From Octopus sinensis (lineage: Eukaryota): a stretch of DNA of 64,000 bases. A program made the translations under genes and the position numbers. The stretch lies in contig NC_043005.1 of NCBI RefSeq assembly GCF_006345805.1, forward strand, positions 71,982,001 to 72,046,000. The letters are read 5' to 3'. This document shows, piece after piece, positions 14,707 through 26,842 of the stretch. A model generated the notes under the pieces. That model had not been told where the DNA came from. It saw only the letters and a list, made by a program, of their open reading frames with translations, and did not search any database. Positions within the stretch are counted from its first letter, which is position 1. Each line of letters begins with the position of its first letter.

Positions 14707-15006
14707 AGTCACTGCCTGGAATTGAATTCGGAATCTTGGGGTTAAGAGGGCGGACTACAAACCCCAAGATTCCACGTTCGATTCCAGACAGTGACCTGAA
14801 TAAGAATAATAATGATAATGATAAAAATGATAATAATAATAACAGCAACAACATCAAAAAATACCTTAGGAATGAGAACCCAGGTTCGAAATTTCCCCAA
14901 GTCACCTGATGAAGGCTGGAGGGTAGATCTGCTGAAATGTATTAACAATAAACAAGATGAGGACAAATACTTGTCAAATGTAAATAATGTAAATAATGTA
15001 AATAAT
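14491..15006. mobile_element. Fold-back element made of two head-to-head copies of a tRNA-headed, Penelope-pLTR-like unit
   Basis: ~250-bp inverted arms centred near 14751. Each arm has (AAT)n, the same ACCTTAGGAATGAGAACCCAGGT... segment, a hammerhead motif and a (TGTAAATAA)n tail. Confidence 0.75.
14546..14591 (-). ncRNA. Minimal type I hammerhead ribozyme motif (stem III mutated)
   Basis: Minus strand reads GACAC-CUGAUGA-A-GGUUG[GAGUGUAUAU]CAGCC-GAAA-C-UUU-GUGUU; stems I and II pair and the core is intact. Confidence 0.65.
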
Positions 15007-15370
15007 TCCTCATCTCTTAAATATAGAACTGTATTAATTAAAGACAAGATTTACAAGTCATGTTGATGAAGGTATATTTTTTCTGTACTAGTCATAGATG
15101 TCCATTATGCAAAAACTAAATTTGAAATTCATTCATCACCTTATTATACTTGAAGTGAATTATAAAACATAATTAAATCAATATCTGTTGCTTATACATT
15201 TCCTGTTTAGTTGGATCTGTTTTGAACCCCTTACCCATACATTAGTTGGCAGTGATTAACAAACCACTTTGATCTGCTAAGGTCTCTATAGATTAATTAG
15301 TGCTTTGAAAGGTATTGAGGAATTTCAAATGGAATACTCTAGAACTTCATTCATTGCTTTTAATTTTCAG

Positions 15371-15415
15371 ATTCACACAACCCTCATGAGAATAGATGTG
15401 AAGATGAAATAAATG
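15371..15415 (+). CDS. Candidate exon (phase 1-1): (N)SHNPHENRCEDEIN
   Basis: Strong acceptor ttttaattttcAG; weak donor ATG|GTTTAT; symmetric 45 nt, so it could be skipped. Confidence 0.4.
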
Positions 15416-15582
15416 GTTTATGTATTCTTCTGTTAATCTGAAACCACTTGGTCTGATCTCCTCATTACTAACAATCTTGATTGTTAAAAAGTAGCAATCA
15501 GTCTTTTACGAAAACTAACCATATATTTCTGCAATATCTATGACATAGTATCAATGTTTTCCAATTCAATTTTTTTCTCCAG

Positions 15583-15630
15583 ATTTCTATCCAGTTAACC
15601 GGTTCATTACCAGGATCTCTCCAGAATTTG
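15583..15630 (+). CDS. Exon (phase 1-1): (D)FYPVNRFITRISPEF
   Basis: Strong acceptor tttttttctccAG, donor TTTG|GTAAAT, 48 nt open. Confidence 0.55.
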
Positions 15631-15758
15631 GTAAATATTTCTGGTAGAAGTGAATCTAATAGCAAAATAACTGTTTGAATTTGAAAGAAAAAAAAATGTC
15701 TCTTTTAAAAGACTTTTGTGCCGTTTGAGAAAGAAAAAAATAGTTTGCAAAATTATCC

Positions 15759-15852
<94 letters not shown>

Positions 15853-16168
15853 CACATATATACACATACTAATACTCATAGTGGAAAATATGGATTTGAG
15901 TGTGCTTCACTATGATAGCTTCCCTCTGTTTGCTGTTCTCTAGTTACGAGTGTATTTCCAATTTTTTTGGTTTGTGGTTATAAGCATGTTTGCTTGCTTT
16001 TTTTAAAAATATATATATAAACAAATCCATGTTCTCACCAAAGCATTTTTGCATTTCCTTTTTTCAAGTGCTCTTCACCATAAGTTTTTTTCTTACAACA
16101 TTGCAGCAGAATTTAACAGACGACGTTTATTTTTCTAAAGTAGTAGTTAAAATTTTCTTCAATTTTAG

Positions 16169-16198
16169 AAATAGAATCAAAAAAGCTCTTCAGAACTG
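16169..16198 (+). CDS. Possible micro-exon (phase 1-1): (E)IESKKLFRT
   Basis: Acceptor ttttcttcaattttAG, donor ACTG|GTAAAA; only 30 nt, and alternative upstream acceptors exist. Confidence 0.3.
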
Positions 16199-17074
16199 GT
16201 AAAAAATAAAGTTACCTGTTTGCAAATAATTAATGGTACTTGAAAAAAAATCTATATCATATGTTTGATATCTTATTTATAATATATAAACAATAAAGGC
16301 TTTGGATATATCCCAGGGAGGAAAAAACCACCACCACATTTCAATGTTACTCAAAATATTTATACTTAAAACTGATCAATAAATACTTAAAAGGTGTCTC
16401 TAAAGTGTTGTTATGAGAAGTGTATCTGTGTGTGTAGTTCTTAAAATATATAGTTCATTGTTAAGCAGGAATCCACTGAAGTGCTTCATAGACTAGGTTT
16501 AGAGTAATATAACTTAATACATCGACTAACTGAAATTAAAGCATGTATATTGAAATGACAGGTATTATATTGGAACACATCTGTATTTCTGAAAACTGAT
16601 TGCAACTGAAGAGAGATAGCAGGAGCCATTGCTGGCTTTGAGTAAGTGGAGGGGAAATTTGAATTCATCATCAATTACACTCGCAACAACAAAGCCATGG
16701 CTTGTGAGGTGTTGAATTCAAGGCTAAACTTTGCATAATTCAACACTCATCTATTTGTGTTGAGAATTACCGTTGTAGAATACATCAGCAAATAGAGATT
16801 TAGCTGCACTCAGTTATAAATATCTTTCTCAAAATACATCAGGACTGCATTGCTAAGTAGGAATCCTCCATTGTGATGCAGGAATATGGTAAAGTGGTCC
16901 ATAAATTAAGCTTAGAGTGATATAACTTAATGTCAGGAGTGTAAATATTAATATTGGTAAATTTGATTCTCCTTGATTTACTCCCTACTGGTAATGGTAC
17001 TGGTTACGTCTTTGTGAATGCAATCTGATTCTAGAAACACAGCTGTGTCCCAATGTAATACATATTGTATGAAG

Positions 17075-17330
<256 letters not shown>

Positions 17331-17644
17331 ATTATAGATCCATTACAGCTGATCTTACCAATTGGTTTCCCACTGAATATTGGATAACTAGATATTAGAT
17401 AACAGGGTGGCTATATGATTAATATACCCACTCTGTTGGCAAATATACACATTCCTAGTTTTTTTCTGAATTATAGATTAGAAATGTGTGAGTGTGTAAT
17501 GAAAAGTTTCTGGCTTTGGGTAAAAGAAACTACAGGAGGATAGATAATTATGATTTTATACAACATATTCCCCTCTCAGATTCACATACTTATTACAGCA
17601 GTCCTTCAGTTTTTCTAAGTGTTGTAAAAGAACTTGGAAGGTTA

Positions 17645-17805
17645 TATATGTGGTAAGTAGCTTGCTTGCCAACCACATGATTCTGGGTTCAGTCCCACTG
17701 CGTGGCATCTTGGGCAAGTGTCTTCTACTATAGCCTCAGGCCGACTAAGGCCTTGTGAGTGGATTTGGTAGATGGAAACTGAAAGAAGCCCATCATATAT
17801 ATGCA

Positions 17806-17860
<55 letters not shown>

Positions 17861-18098
17861 ATATGTTTGTGTATCTGTGTGTGTATATGTTTTTGTGTCT
17901 GTGTTTGTCCCCCCAACATCGCTTGACAACCAATGGTAGTGTGTTTATGTCCCCATAACTTAGCGGTTTGGCAAAAGACACCAATAGAATAAGTATTAGG
18001 CTTCCAAAGAATAAGTCCTGGAGTCAATTTGTTCAACTACAAGTGGTGCTCCAGCATGGCTGCAGTCAATTGACTGAAACAAGTAAAAGAGTAAAGAG
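17645..18098 (+). mobile_element. tRNA-derived SINE with central CTTGGGCAAG block and internal (TA)n/(TG)n (dominant family in window)
   Basis: TGTGGTAAG A-box-like, GGGTTCAGTCC B-box, shared body and AAGTAAAAGAG tail; near-identical copies at 33571, 63119, 30302(-), 43945(-). Confidence 0.8.
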
Positions 18099-18393
18099 AG
18101 TATATATATATCTATATATATATAATCATTGATGTGTATATATGTATCTTTATATGCTTGTGTAGAAGCAAGAACAGCAGAAATGAAATAATTTCCTGTT
18201 ATTTTTTGATCTTTGAACATAGATCTACATTTAAGGCTGTGGTGAATAGTCAGCTATAATTTCCTTGTTGAAAATTTCTACTGAATTATTCTGGTGGGTG
18301 GGGTTGTGCCTTTGGTCTTCACAATCCCTTTGAAGTCATTAAGACCAATGACAGTATAAGTTCCTCTTGAGCTGCTAGTCAATGATTGCATGG

Positions 18394-18558
18394 AAGGAAT
18401 TCCAGAAGGTCCAACATTCTGTGGAAGAAGGAATTAGTGTAGAAGGAAGAAGGAATTGATGCAGAATAGAGCAAGGAATTCCAGAAGGTCCAACATACTG
18501 TGGAAGAAGGAATTAGTGTAGAAGGAAGAAGGAATTGATGCAGAACAGAGCAAGGAAT
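18394..18558. repeat. 79-bp tandem duplication
   Basis: Units start at 18394 and 18473, partial third at 18552; 2 differences. Confidence 0.95.
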
Positions 18559-18842
18559 GGACAAATCCAGCCAACAACAGGGAAATAAACCAGTTAGTAG
18601 GGAACAATGAGAGTGATGTGTAATAAGAGGAAGCTGGGGACATGTGAGTTGGCATGGGAGTAGCTGGCTCTGAGAAGCAGAGATAACTTTAGTTGTCATA
18701 GTAGTAGCAAGTAGTGTTAGTAATAGTAGTAGTTTTAGTAGTAGTAGCAGTGTTAGTAATGTTACTATTAGTGGTAATATTAGTAGTAGTGGTGTTAGTA
18801 GGAGCTGTTCTAGTTATAGTGTTAGTTGTATTTGTACTGTTG

Positions 18843-19078
18843 AAGGTGGCGAGCTGGCAGAAACGTTAGCACATCGGGCGAAATGCTTAGTGGTATTTCG
18901 TCTGCCATTACGTTCTGAGATCAAATTCTGCCGAGGTCGACTTTGCCTCTCATCCTTTCGGGGTCGATTAAATAAGTACCAGTTACGCACTGGAGTCGAT
19001 GTAATTGACTTAATTCGTTTGTCTGTCCTTGTTTGCCCCCTCTATGTTTAGCCCCTTGTGGGTAATAAAGAAATAGGT
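18843..19078 (+). mobile_element. tRNA-derived SINE, second family (full length); partial copies follow at 19113-19500
   Basis: GGCGAGCTGGCAGAAACGTTAGC head, TTCTGAGTTCAAATTC-type B-box, GTCGACTTTGCC body; repeated at 27245, 42500-42880, 54273-54672 and 39885. Confidence 0.8.
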
Positions 19079-19515
19079 ATTGGTACTGTTAGTAGTAGTA
19101 GCAGTAGTAATAAGGGGGCAGGCTGGCAGAATCGTTAGTATGCTGGACGAAATACTTAGCAGCATTTTATCCATTGCTACGTTCTGAGTTCAAATTCTGC
19201 CAAGGTTGACTTTGCCTTTCATCCTTTCAGGGGTCAATGAAATAAATACCAGCAAAACACTGAGGTGAATGTAATCGACTAATCCCTGCCTCCACATTTC
19301 AGGCCTGTGTCTATAGTAGAAAGGATTTTTATTATTATTTGCATCACTACATTCTGAGTTCAAATTCCACGGAGGTCGACCTTGCCTTTCATCCTTCTAG
19401 GCTTAATGAATTAAGAACCAGTTATGCAGTGGGGTGGATGTAATTGACTAATCCCCTCCCTGCAAAATTCCAGACCTTGTACCTACAGTAGAAAGGATTA
19501 TTATTAGTGTTATTA

Positions 19516-19868
19516 TTTTTCCTTCTTTCTTCAAATTTTCTTCTGTTTCTCGCTGAGTGTTTTCCGTACACCTAGGGCAGAGAAACTCATTGTATGCATT
19601 CCCAGATTACACATGTAAATTCACAGGTAAAATATGTATTTAAAAAATTAATAAACAAATAAATTCATGAATGGATGTTGTTTTCACAGTGATAATGCTC
19701 TTCTCAGTACATGGGCCATTCCAGTTAACACGATTTTTTGCACTTCCTGTAGGGATGGTAAGCCTGGTATCATTTCCAAATAGGTTTCAGTACCTTTCTT
19801 TTATCATTCCTAGAGATCCTACAATCACTGGTACTGTAGTCGCCTTGAGATGCCACATTTTTTCAATT
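19516..19868 (-). mobile_element. 5'-truncated RLE-type (R4/Dong-like) non-LTR retrotransposon, 3' end
   Basis: IEKMWHLKATTVPVIVGSLGMIK / KKGTETYLEMIPGLPSLQEVQKIVLTGMAHVLRRALSL* (1 frameshift), resembling the RLE C-terminus; (TAA)n at both ends. Confidence 0.75.
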
Positions 19869-20526
19869 TATTATTATTATTATTACCAGTAGTAGTAGTG
19901 TTACTAGCAGCAGTGTTAGCTGTAGTGATGTTAATGGCACTACTTTTTGCAGCAGGAGTGAAGAAAGGCAAAAGAGCAGTCAGTATGTCTATACACCAGA
20001 GGTTCGTGTATATTAGTTTGTGATTTCATGCCAATCAATTGCATGGTCATTCTTTCCATGCAAACTAGGAATATGTCTGTCTCTCTAGTAGTGGCCAAAT
20101 ACATGCAATATTAAGTGGTGAATCCCACTCACTTTCAATAGAGGAATACTGGTTTCTGTGTACATAACTTCTTGTTTATGCTGAAGGTGAATGGGAATGT
20201 GTGACATTACAAAATTGAGTCAGATTTGATCTGTTAACAGCTGATTTAATTTATAGCATTCCCTATTAGCGCCTGAAAGGATTGAGGAAGTCTTGAAATG
20301 ACCATTTGATTTTCTGCAAATACTAGCTAAATATCCTTCAAATTATACTCTACCATCTTTAAAATGTAAGGACTCTTTGAATAATCTAGTTCACACTGGA
20401 TTAACCATTAAGCTAGATAAGCATGTACTTAGGGCATTAAAGGAAGTGGTAAATGGTTAACAGTACAAAAGAAATCACTTCAAATGTTCTAAAACAATAT
20501 TTGGAATGCCTTATTTTTACTAAGTA

Positions 20527-20704
20527 TAGGCGTAGAAGTGATTGTGTGGTAAGTAGCTTCCTTACGTACCACATGGTTCCAGGTTCAGTCCAACTGCATA
20601 GCACATTGGGCAAGTGTCTTTTATTACTATAGCCTAGGGCCAACCAAAGCCTTGCGAGTGGATTTGGTAGATGGAAACTGAAAGAAGCCCGTCGTATATA
20701 TGCA

Positions 20705-20750
<46 letters not shown>

Positions 20751-21160
20751 TGCATGTTTTTGTGTCTGGTTTGTCACCCACCATGGCTTGACAACTGGTA
20801 GTAAAGTTTGTTTGCCAACATAACATGGCAGTCCTGATTTAGGATGAATGTTGCTATAATTTAACCCCAGGAGGCATTGTCTCCAGCTGGCTATCCAGGA
20901 GATGGTGTCTCCTGGGGCTAAATTACAGTAACATTTTTCCTAAACCAGGACTGCCATGTTATGTTGGCAAACAATCTTTACTACAGAGTACTGTTGGTGA
21001 ATATCTCATGTTGTGAGATTTAAAAATAGTAATTTTTGGCAATTGGTGTTGTGGTGTTTATGTCCATGCAACTTAGAAGTTCAGCAAAAGAGACCGAGAG
21101 AATAAGTGCCAGGCTTAGAAATAACAAGCTCTGGGGTTGATATTTTGACCACAACCCTTG
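20527..21160 (+). mobile_element. Dominant-family SINE interrupted by a ~240-bp insertion
   Basis: Head and body to 20798, resuming at ~21040. Confidence 0.75.
20799..20983. mobile_element. Hairpin MITE (~90-bp imperfect arms)
   Basis: TAGTAAAGTTTGTTTGCCAACATAACATGGCAGTCCTG ... CAGGACTGCCATGTTATGTTGGCAAACAATCTTTACTA; loop near 20891-20894. Confidence 0.75.
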
Positions 21161-23851
21161 CCTCAAACTTACGATTTTTCACTTTGCTTGTGGTTGTAGG
21201 TTTCGTGCACCCCTATGACCTGAAAAATTATTCTGGAGGGAGTTTTACTCCTGGAAGGTTTAACAAAGCTAGGTAGGTCTGAAGGGAGAGGATCGGACTA
21301 AATGAGACTCACCATTAGAAGGCACAGAAAGCAGCATAGCCTTGTACAATTTCCTACTAGGGAGTCTATTTATCAATGATCAATGAATCTCTTAAGATGC
21401 TGGAAGATGGAACGGCATTAATGACTATGGCTAGGAATGCTTAATTCCAATAGTAAGCCACTGCCAATATTTATAGAACAGGTGATGATAAATGTTATTA
21501 ATATACTGAAAGATTTCAAAATCCAAGCAAGATCAACCCAATTATGATGATATATCTTTATTTGTTTTAATCCTCAAACTCCTTTGTGACCATTTACATT
21601 AACATGTAATTATCTTAATTAGTGTTTGAAACCTATTTATTCCCTTAGTTGGGGCTTATGGCAACAAACCTTCTCTGATAAAAATATTTAATTTCATTTA
21701 TATCCCTGTGAAATAACAGCTGGATATTAATTATACATAATTCGTTAAGCCTTGGAGTATGGCTAATTAATTAAATCTAATGAACAAGAAAGAAAATATT
21801 TCTTATATATTTCTAAGGTAGCAATTTATCGACTTCCTAATTCCAATTCTTGTTGTTGTTGAGTCTCATTTTAGCCCTAAAGGAGTAGACACATGGCCAA
21901 AGGCACTCCAACGATGACCATTCCCTCAGTTACTCAGAATCACACCATCCATGTCTTTCTTTTCGAAGATGATAAGGTGTGATTTTAGTGAGATTTGCCT
22001 GCTATTTCTAGCAGATTGAGTGACTGTGGAAATGCTCATTTGATAGCTTGTTCATCCTTCAGTTTATGTATACATATATCATAGTGGTTTATACTGAGTT
22101 AGATATTCCATGGAGTTTAATTAGGAAAAGTATACATGTAATTGGGTAATATTAACTGCATTGGTAAACAGTTTACCTGAATGAATAAACAAGTTTGATT
22201 TGAAATAGACTCTAAATATAAAATAAGCTGTTTTTCAAAATTAATTTGCTATGTATTCTATGTCATGTGTGGAATATCTGAGTAACTTCAAATTATTTTT
22301 CAATTTTGGATTTGGTTTGCAAGATTCTTTATATGAGTTTGTGTGTTGAAGCATATTCTGTTATGTCTGGGGAGAGTCATTTTCTTTTTGTGCCTTATAA
22401 TGTAACACACTCACCGGTAAAATTTCCACTTATTTTTATTTTCCTAAAATTTTCGTTGCATCTTGAAAAAGCGCCATGCTTTGGCAACTGAAAAATTGCG
22501 ATACATGGACTCAGCTTGAGTTCATTTCTTTGAAGCTGTTTAAATGCATGTGCATTAGCAATACTTGCTTATTTTATATCCTAACTGATGACCATTAATC
22601 ATTGGTTACAGGCTTCTTACAAGCAAAATCATTAGGATCCTCGTCTCCATAGTATAAAAGCAACTGGGATCACAACAATTCCCCTGAATAGGATTCTAAT
22701 CCGCTATGGTGTTACTCATTTGCATGGACTGGAGCAATATGAAATGAAGTGTTTTGTTCAAGAATACAATGCACTGCCTGGGCCTGGAATTGAAACCCTG
22801 TTCTTGTGATAGTGAGTGCAACACTCAATCCTCTAGGCTACGTGCTCTGATTGCCATTACAATAATGACCATCCATAAAATCCAAGATCCATGATTCATA
22901 GTGCAATAAAATGAAAGTGGTCATGCATTGATGTGTGTGTGAGTGTGTGTATATATGTGTCTGTGTGTGTGTGTGTGAGAGAGAGAGAGTGAGACTGTGT
23001 GCATTATATGATATCAATACATCTATGAATATAATCAGTTGCATTGTGTGTGATGTAATGCTCAGCACACTGCCTTTGAATAAACCCATTCATCATGTAT
23101 AAAGACAAAGCAATCAATAGGATAAGATATTGGACCATCAGTTTATTGATTTGAGTTCAAATCTGTTGCAGACGTTTATTTATCTATTTTATATCACATT
23201 TTAGGAAGAACAGCATCATAGGTTTCCAACATGCCAATCACTGGTTCAGTGAATTCATAATAGTGACAGTGATAAGGCAGCGTCTGTGAAACTTAGGTAG
23301 AATAAATGTCACAAGGAATTTTTATTTGAATGCACCGGTTTATTGGGCTTTTACTTTTTTTTCTCTCGTTGATCCTTGTATTTTCTGCCAGTGTACTATA
23401 CCTTGACAAAAGTTACATGCATACTTATTAATGTATATGTGTGTACCATTCACTTATATTGATAAAATACACACATATAAACAAGATGATTGCTATCCAG
23501 TTCTATCTACTAAATTCTATTATCCACAAGATAGTAGTAAGTCAAAGTTTATGGTAGAGAAAACGTATGAAAGGTGGACATGGAATGGGATCAAGCTCAA
23601 AACCGTGTTTACTGTAAAGCAGTAATCTTCTTAACTGTACTTTCATGCCTGTATTCATTTCAGTGTATCTTTGAGCAAGGTTCTTCATTGCCTGTCTCAT
23701 AGAAGTTTTTTTGAATATTTTTTTTCCACTCTCATTCAGTTAAGCTCTGGTCCTTACAAATCACTTCAAGATCTTAGAAATATTTTATCTTACATATCTT
23801 GCATGTTGAGGGTTTTTTTTACAGGGTAAACTATATACAACAAAACAAAGC

Positions 23852-23899
<48 letters not shown>

Positions 23900-25853
23900 G
23901 ATGATGATGATGATGATGATGATGATGTTTATTATTATTATTATTATGTTTATATATTTTTCTGTGATCTGAAATAGCTTGTTTTACCTGGGTTTTGAAA
24001 GTGATCATTATTATTGATAAATTTAAAATTGTTATTGGTTCTTTGATTCTAACACACAGTTCAACACATATGCATACACAGATATTATTCTTTGATTACC
24101 AATAATATTAATTGAATTTTTCTTTGATGTTTGAATATCAAAAGACGACAGAATATTTATTAGTGCAATATTATTTAAATATGCGAAACATTTATTATTG
24201 GTTAAGACTCACATATTTTGCATTTCAACACCTTTTATGAGGTACAGATGATAGTAGGCAGCATTCAATGTTTTTCTCTTTTGCTTATTCCAATCAATGG
24301 TTGGTAACCTCGTTAGGGTACTGCCATCTCGAGTTTTAGTTGATCATACCGGTCCCAGTATTTATTTGAATCTTGTATCGATTTTATTTATATCTATTTA
24401 TTGAACCTCTATGTTAAGCTTTTTTTTAAACATAAATGTACACAACTGTACACACCAGTCTATATTGGTAAACTTAAGCACAAGCTTGAATATTGATATA
24501 CACCAGTTATATGCTCTCATGCACATGGTCTTATTGAGGACATAATAACCTAGTGTTAGTGTTATAATAACATGCACTTTCTATATTCTGTAAATTGGTT
24601 GATGTTAGGAAGGCCGTCCAGCCATAAAAGCTAGTTGACTTACAGAATATGTATAGTTACCCTACCTATTTAAGGGAGAATTAGCAACAAATAAGAACTG
24701 TGCAGATCACTGCAACCCATTCTATCCATACTAGCATGGAAAGAGGACATTAAATGATTAGAATAAATATATATCCCCAAAGTATTCATTTATTCAGTGT
24801 GCTTTTCTCCATGCAAGCATGGGTTGACAGAGACTTATTTTCTGGCAGAATCTTACAATCAGAAGCTCTTTTTATTTCTGACACCCACATATTTTTTCCT
24901 GTTAGTATTTTCTTCCACCGTAGTTCTCCAGACCCAGAACCAAATAGTTGTGAAACATAACTTCATAACAACACACCAATGTCTAATAAAAAAAAAAATG
25001 AATGAATTATTTAATTGTTTAAATAGATGAATTCATTTATTTTGCAAGTCTTCACAAAAATAAATAAATAGATAAATAAAATAAACAAATGAAATAAAAT
25101 GCAAAAAATTATATTATGAAATACAAATTCTGCAATTATGATATTGATTTTTTGTTTACTTAAATTATTTTCGTTTGTTTCTACTTATATAATGATGATG
25201 GATTTTGATGGAGTAATTATTTATGCAGTTGGATATACTTTTTTCCTGCTAACCATTTAAATATAAAGTAGGAATGGTAAGTAAGACAAACAAGCAATTG
25301 GACTCATGCTGAAGGTGAAGTAAGCCTGAGCTTATGACCATGTGGTCAGTAGTCTAGTGCCTCAGTGTCACAGCTCTTGCATCTTAAAATTCATTATTTC
25401 TTTTGTCTTCTGTACTTGATGCATGGTACTACGGTGCACCTGTTAAGCATTCATTAATTTGATGGAGCGAGTGAGCTAATGTGTGACACAAGCATTTGAT
25501 GACTATAAACAAATCATTTGTGCAGGCTCTTCAACAAAAGCTGAACACTCATACTTCGTCTTTGATGGGGGAGCCCATCAATATAAACCATGGATGTTAT
25601 CCACTAAGACCCTGACCAGCAAAAGCCTGGGTCTGTAATAAAATGCACTAAGATGCTTCAAGATAGGACTGAACCTAAAACTACATAGGGAGTAAATGTC
25701 TTAATCACACAGCTCAGCCTTCTCATATTACACACACATACACACACACACTCTCTTGCTCTCTCTCTCTTACATATAAGTAATGCTCATGCATACACAT
25801 ATATACGCACATAAGCAGGCTTAGATGTATTGTTTTTAGAAGAATACTCAGTA

Positions 25854-26202
25854 TTGAGACCCCACCTTTGGTCATGACTGACCATGGGATTGCACCTAGA
25901 AAGTTACCCTCCCAAGCACAAGTCCGGGCAAGGTTGTTTATGGAAGACCAGCAGTCACCCATGCATACTGGCCTCCCCTCTCCATGCCACCAGTGTTATC
26001 CAAGGGAAAAGCAAAGGGGCCGATACAGCTTGGCACCTGTGACGTCGCAGCTCATTTCTACAGCTGAGTGAACTGAAGCAACGTAAAATAAGGTGTATTG
26101 CTCAAGAACACAACACACAACCCTGTCTGAGAACTGAACTCACAACCTCATGATCGTAAGCTCGACGTTCTAACCACTGAGCCACGCATCTTCACCTGAG
26201 AG
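25854..26202 (-). mobile_element. tRNA(Arg)-like SINE with 12-bp target-site duplication
   Basis: Head TGGCTCAGTGGTTAG...CTTACGATC...GAGTTCAGTT (ACG anticodon-like loop); GAATACTCAGTA at 25842-25853 and 26203-26214. Confidence 0.8.
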
Positions 26203-26842
26203 GAATACTCAGTACATGAATCTAAAAAGTGCTTGACATAATATTGGCAGAAATAGTTATTTAAACTACATTAAACCACACTTTTATTTCTGAATATAAT
26301 TAAGGAAAATGTCATTCCTTTCTTTCTAAATTTGTAGGAAAACAGAACATTTCTTTCATTCTAAAAATGTATGTCACTTCAGATAAAGTTAAATTAATTT
26401 ATCTGCTCGCATTTTACAAAGAGTTAATTGTATTACTCTGATCTGCAATTCCATACACCTCGTTTCATTAATTTAATAAGATTCTGAATTTCAATATTAA
26501 ATAAGTTAGTGCAAATCACCAAGCATTTGTAAATTAGAATATAACAGGCTTAGAGTGAGGGAGGGGAAGAAAAAAATTACGATAGAAAAATTAAAACAAG
26601 ATTTTTTAGCCGCCAGGAAAATCTGTTTCATTCAGGGGTAGAAAGTAATGATAAAGTGGAATGAAATACAAAACAAAATATTTCAAACCATTTTGATAAT
26701 TAGCAACAATTTTGGTTGTAGATTGATCAGGCCTTGTGAGTAAAGATATTCTAGCCATGAACATCCTGTCTGTGTTTTTTACCAGACATGTAGGATTCTA
26801 CAGCTCTCTATATTTGAGCGATGAGGATTTATGTATATTATG

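Noticed and set aside
14740-14795. tRNA gene
   Set aside because: 5' acceptor and D-arm are missing and the acceptor stem cannot form; it is a SINE-type tRNA-like head. The same applies to the other SINE heads in the window.
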